Shown: piece by piece, positions 63,701 to 64,000 of the stretch
How positions within the stretch are numbered: the stretch's first letter is position 1
Layout of the letters: every line of letters starts with the position of its first letter
NCBI GenBank assembly: GCA_013265495.1
Contig: MU058213.1
Coordinates: 6,464,066 to 6,528,065 of the forward strand
DNA from: Vicugna vicugna
Taxonomy: Eukaryota
Length of the DNA stretch: 64,000 nucleotides
Reading direction: 5' to 3'
Program-made: the position numbers and the translations under genes
The notes under the pieces: model-generated
Seen by the model: only the letters and a program-made list of their open reading frames with translations
What the model was told of the DNA's origin: nothing
The model's database searches: none

Positions 63701-64000
63701 ACATGGAGATGACTGTCTTTCTAAGTGAAGTAAACCAGAGAGAAAGAAAAATACCATATGATGTCACTCATATGTGGAATCCAAAAAAGGAAAAACAAGC
63801 CACTAATGAACTTATCTATAAGACAGAAACAGACTCAGAGAGAGAAAACAAACTTATGGTTACAGGGGGAAAATGAGGTGGGAAGGGATAAATTGGGAAG
63901 TTGAGATCTGCAAATAATAACTAAATACAAACAGATAAACAGCAGGTTTCTTCTGTATAGCACAGGGAACTATTTCAATATCCTGTAGTAACCTTTAATG

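Larger units (their letters stand above)
57775..64000 (+). mobile_element. Near full-length decayed L1 upstream of the GTF2A2 first coding exon (probably intron 1), antisense to the gene
   Basis: 5' caagatgg YY1-type start, GC-rich 5' UTR, ORF1 remnants (59138-59395), ORF2 from ATG 59785 with RT fragment 61654-62217, and 3' UTR running to the window end. Many stops and frameshifts. Confidence 0.95.

Overview
Mammalian genomic DNA, very likely a camelid (five Vic-1-type tRNA-derived SINEs). It holds two convergent host genes. GCNT3 (mucin-type core 2/4 beta-1,6-GlcNAc transferase) is on +, with a single-exon 440-aa CDS at 36336-37658 and two non-coding 5' exons. GTF2A2 (TFIIA gamma) is on -, with four coding exons giving 109 aa at 52472-56002. 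Most of the rest is transposon-derived (L1, L2, MIR, Tigger2/MER8, MER3, ERV1/ERVL solo LTRs). The most notable signal is absent from the ORF track: ~1185-4240 (minus) translates by hand into decayed but colinear matches to a bornavirus glycoprotein (G) followed directly by a bornavirus matrix protein (M). This suggests an ancient endogenous bornavirus-like element with the G-M order of carbo/culterviruses, broken up by later L1, SINE and Tigger insertions. Other oddities: an ASNSD1 retrocopy nested in an L1, a tailless tRNA-Trp 5'-half retrocopy, a polyadenylated LTR fragment inside a Tigger2, a perfect 81-bp templated insertion, an LTR that may act as an alternative GCNT3 promoter, a 40-bp VNTR upstream of GCNT3, and back-to-back CTCF-like motifs. 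Reference sequences were compared from memory, not by search.
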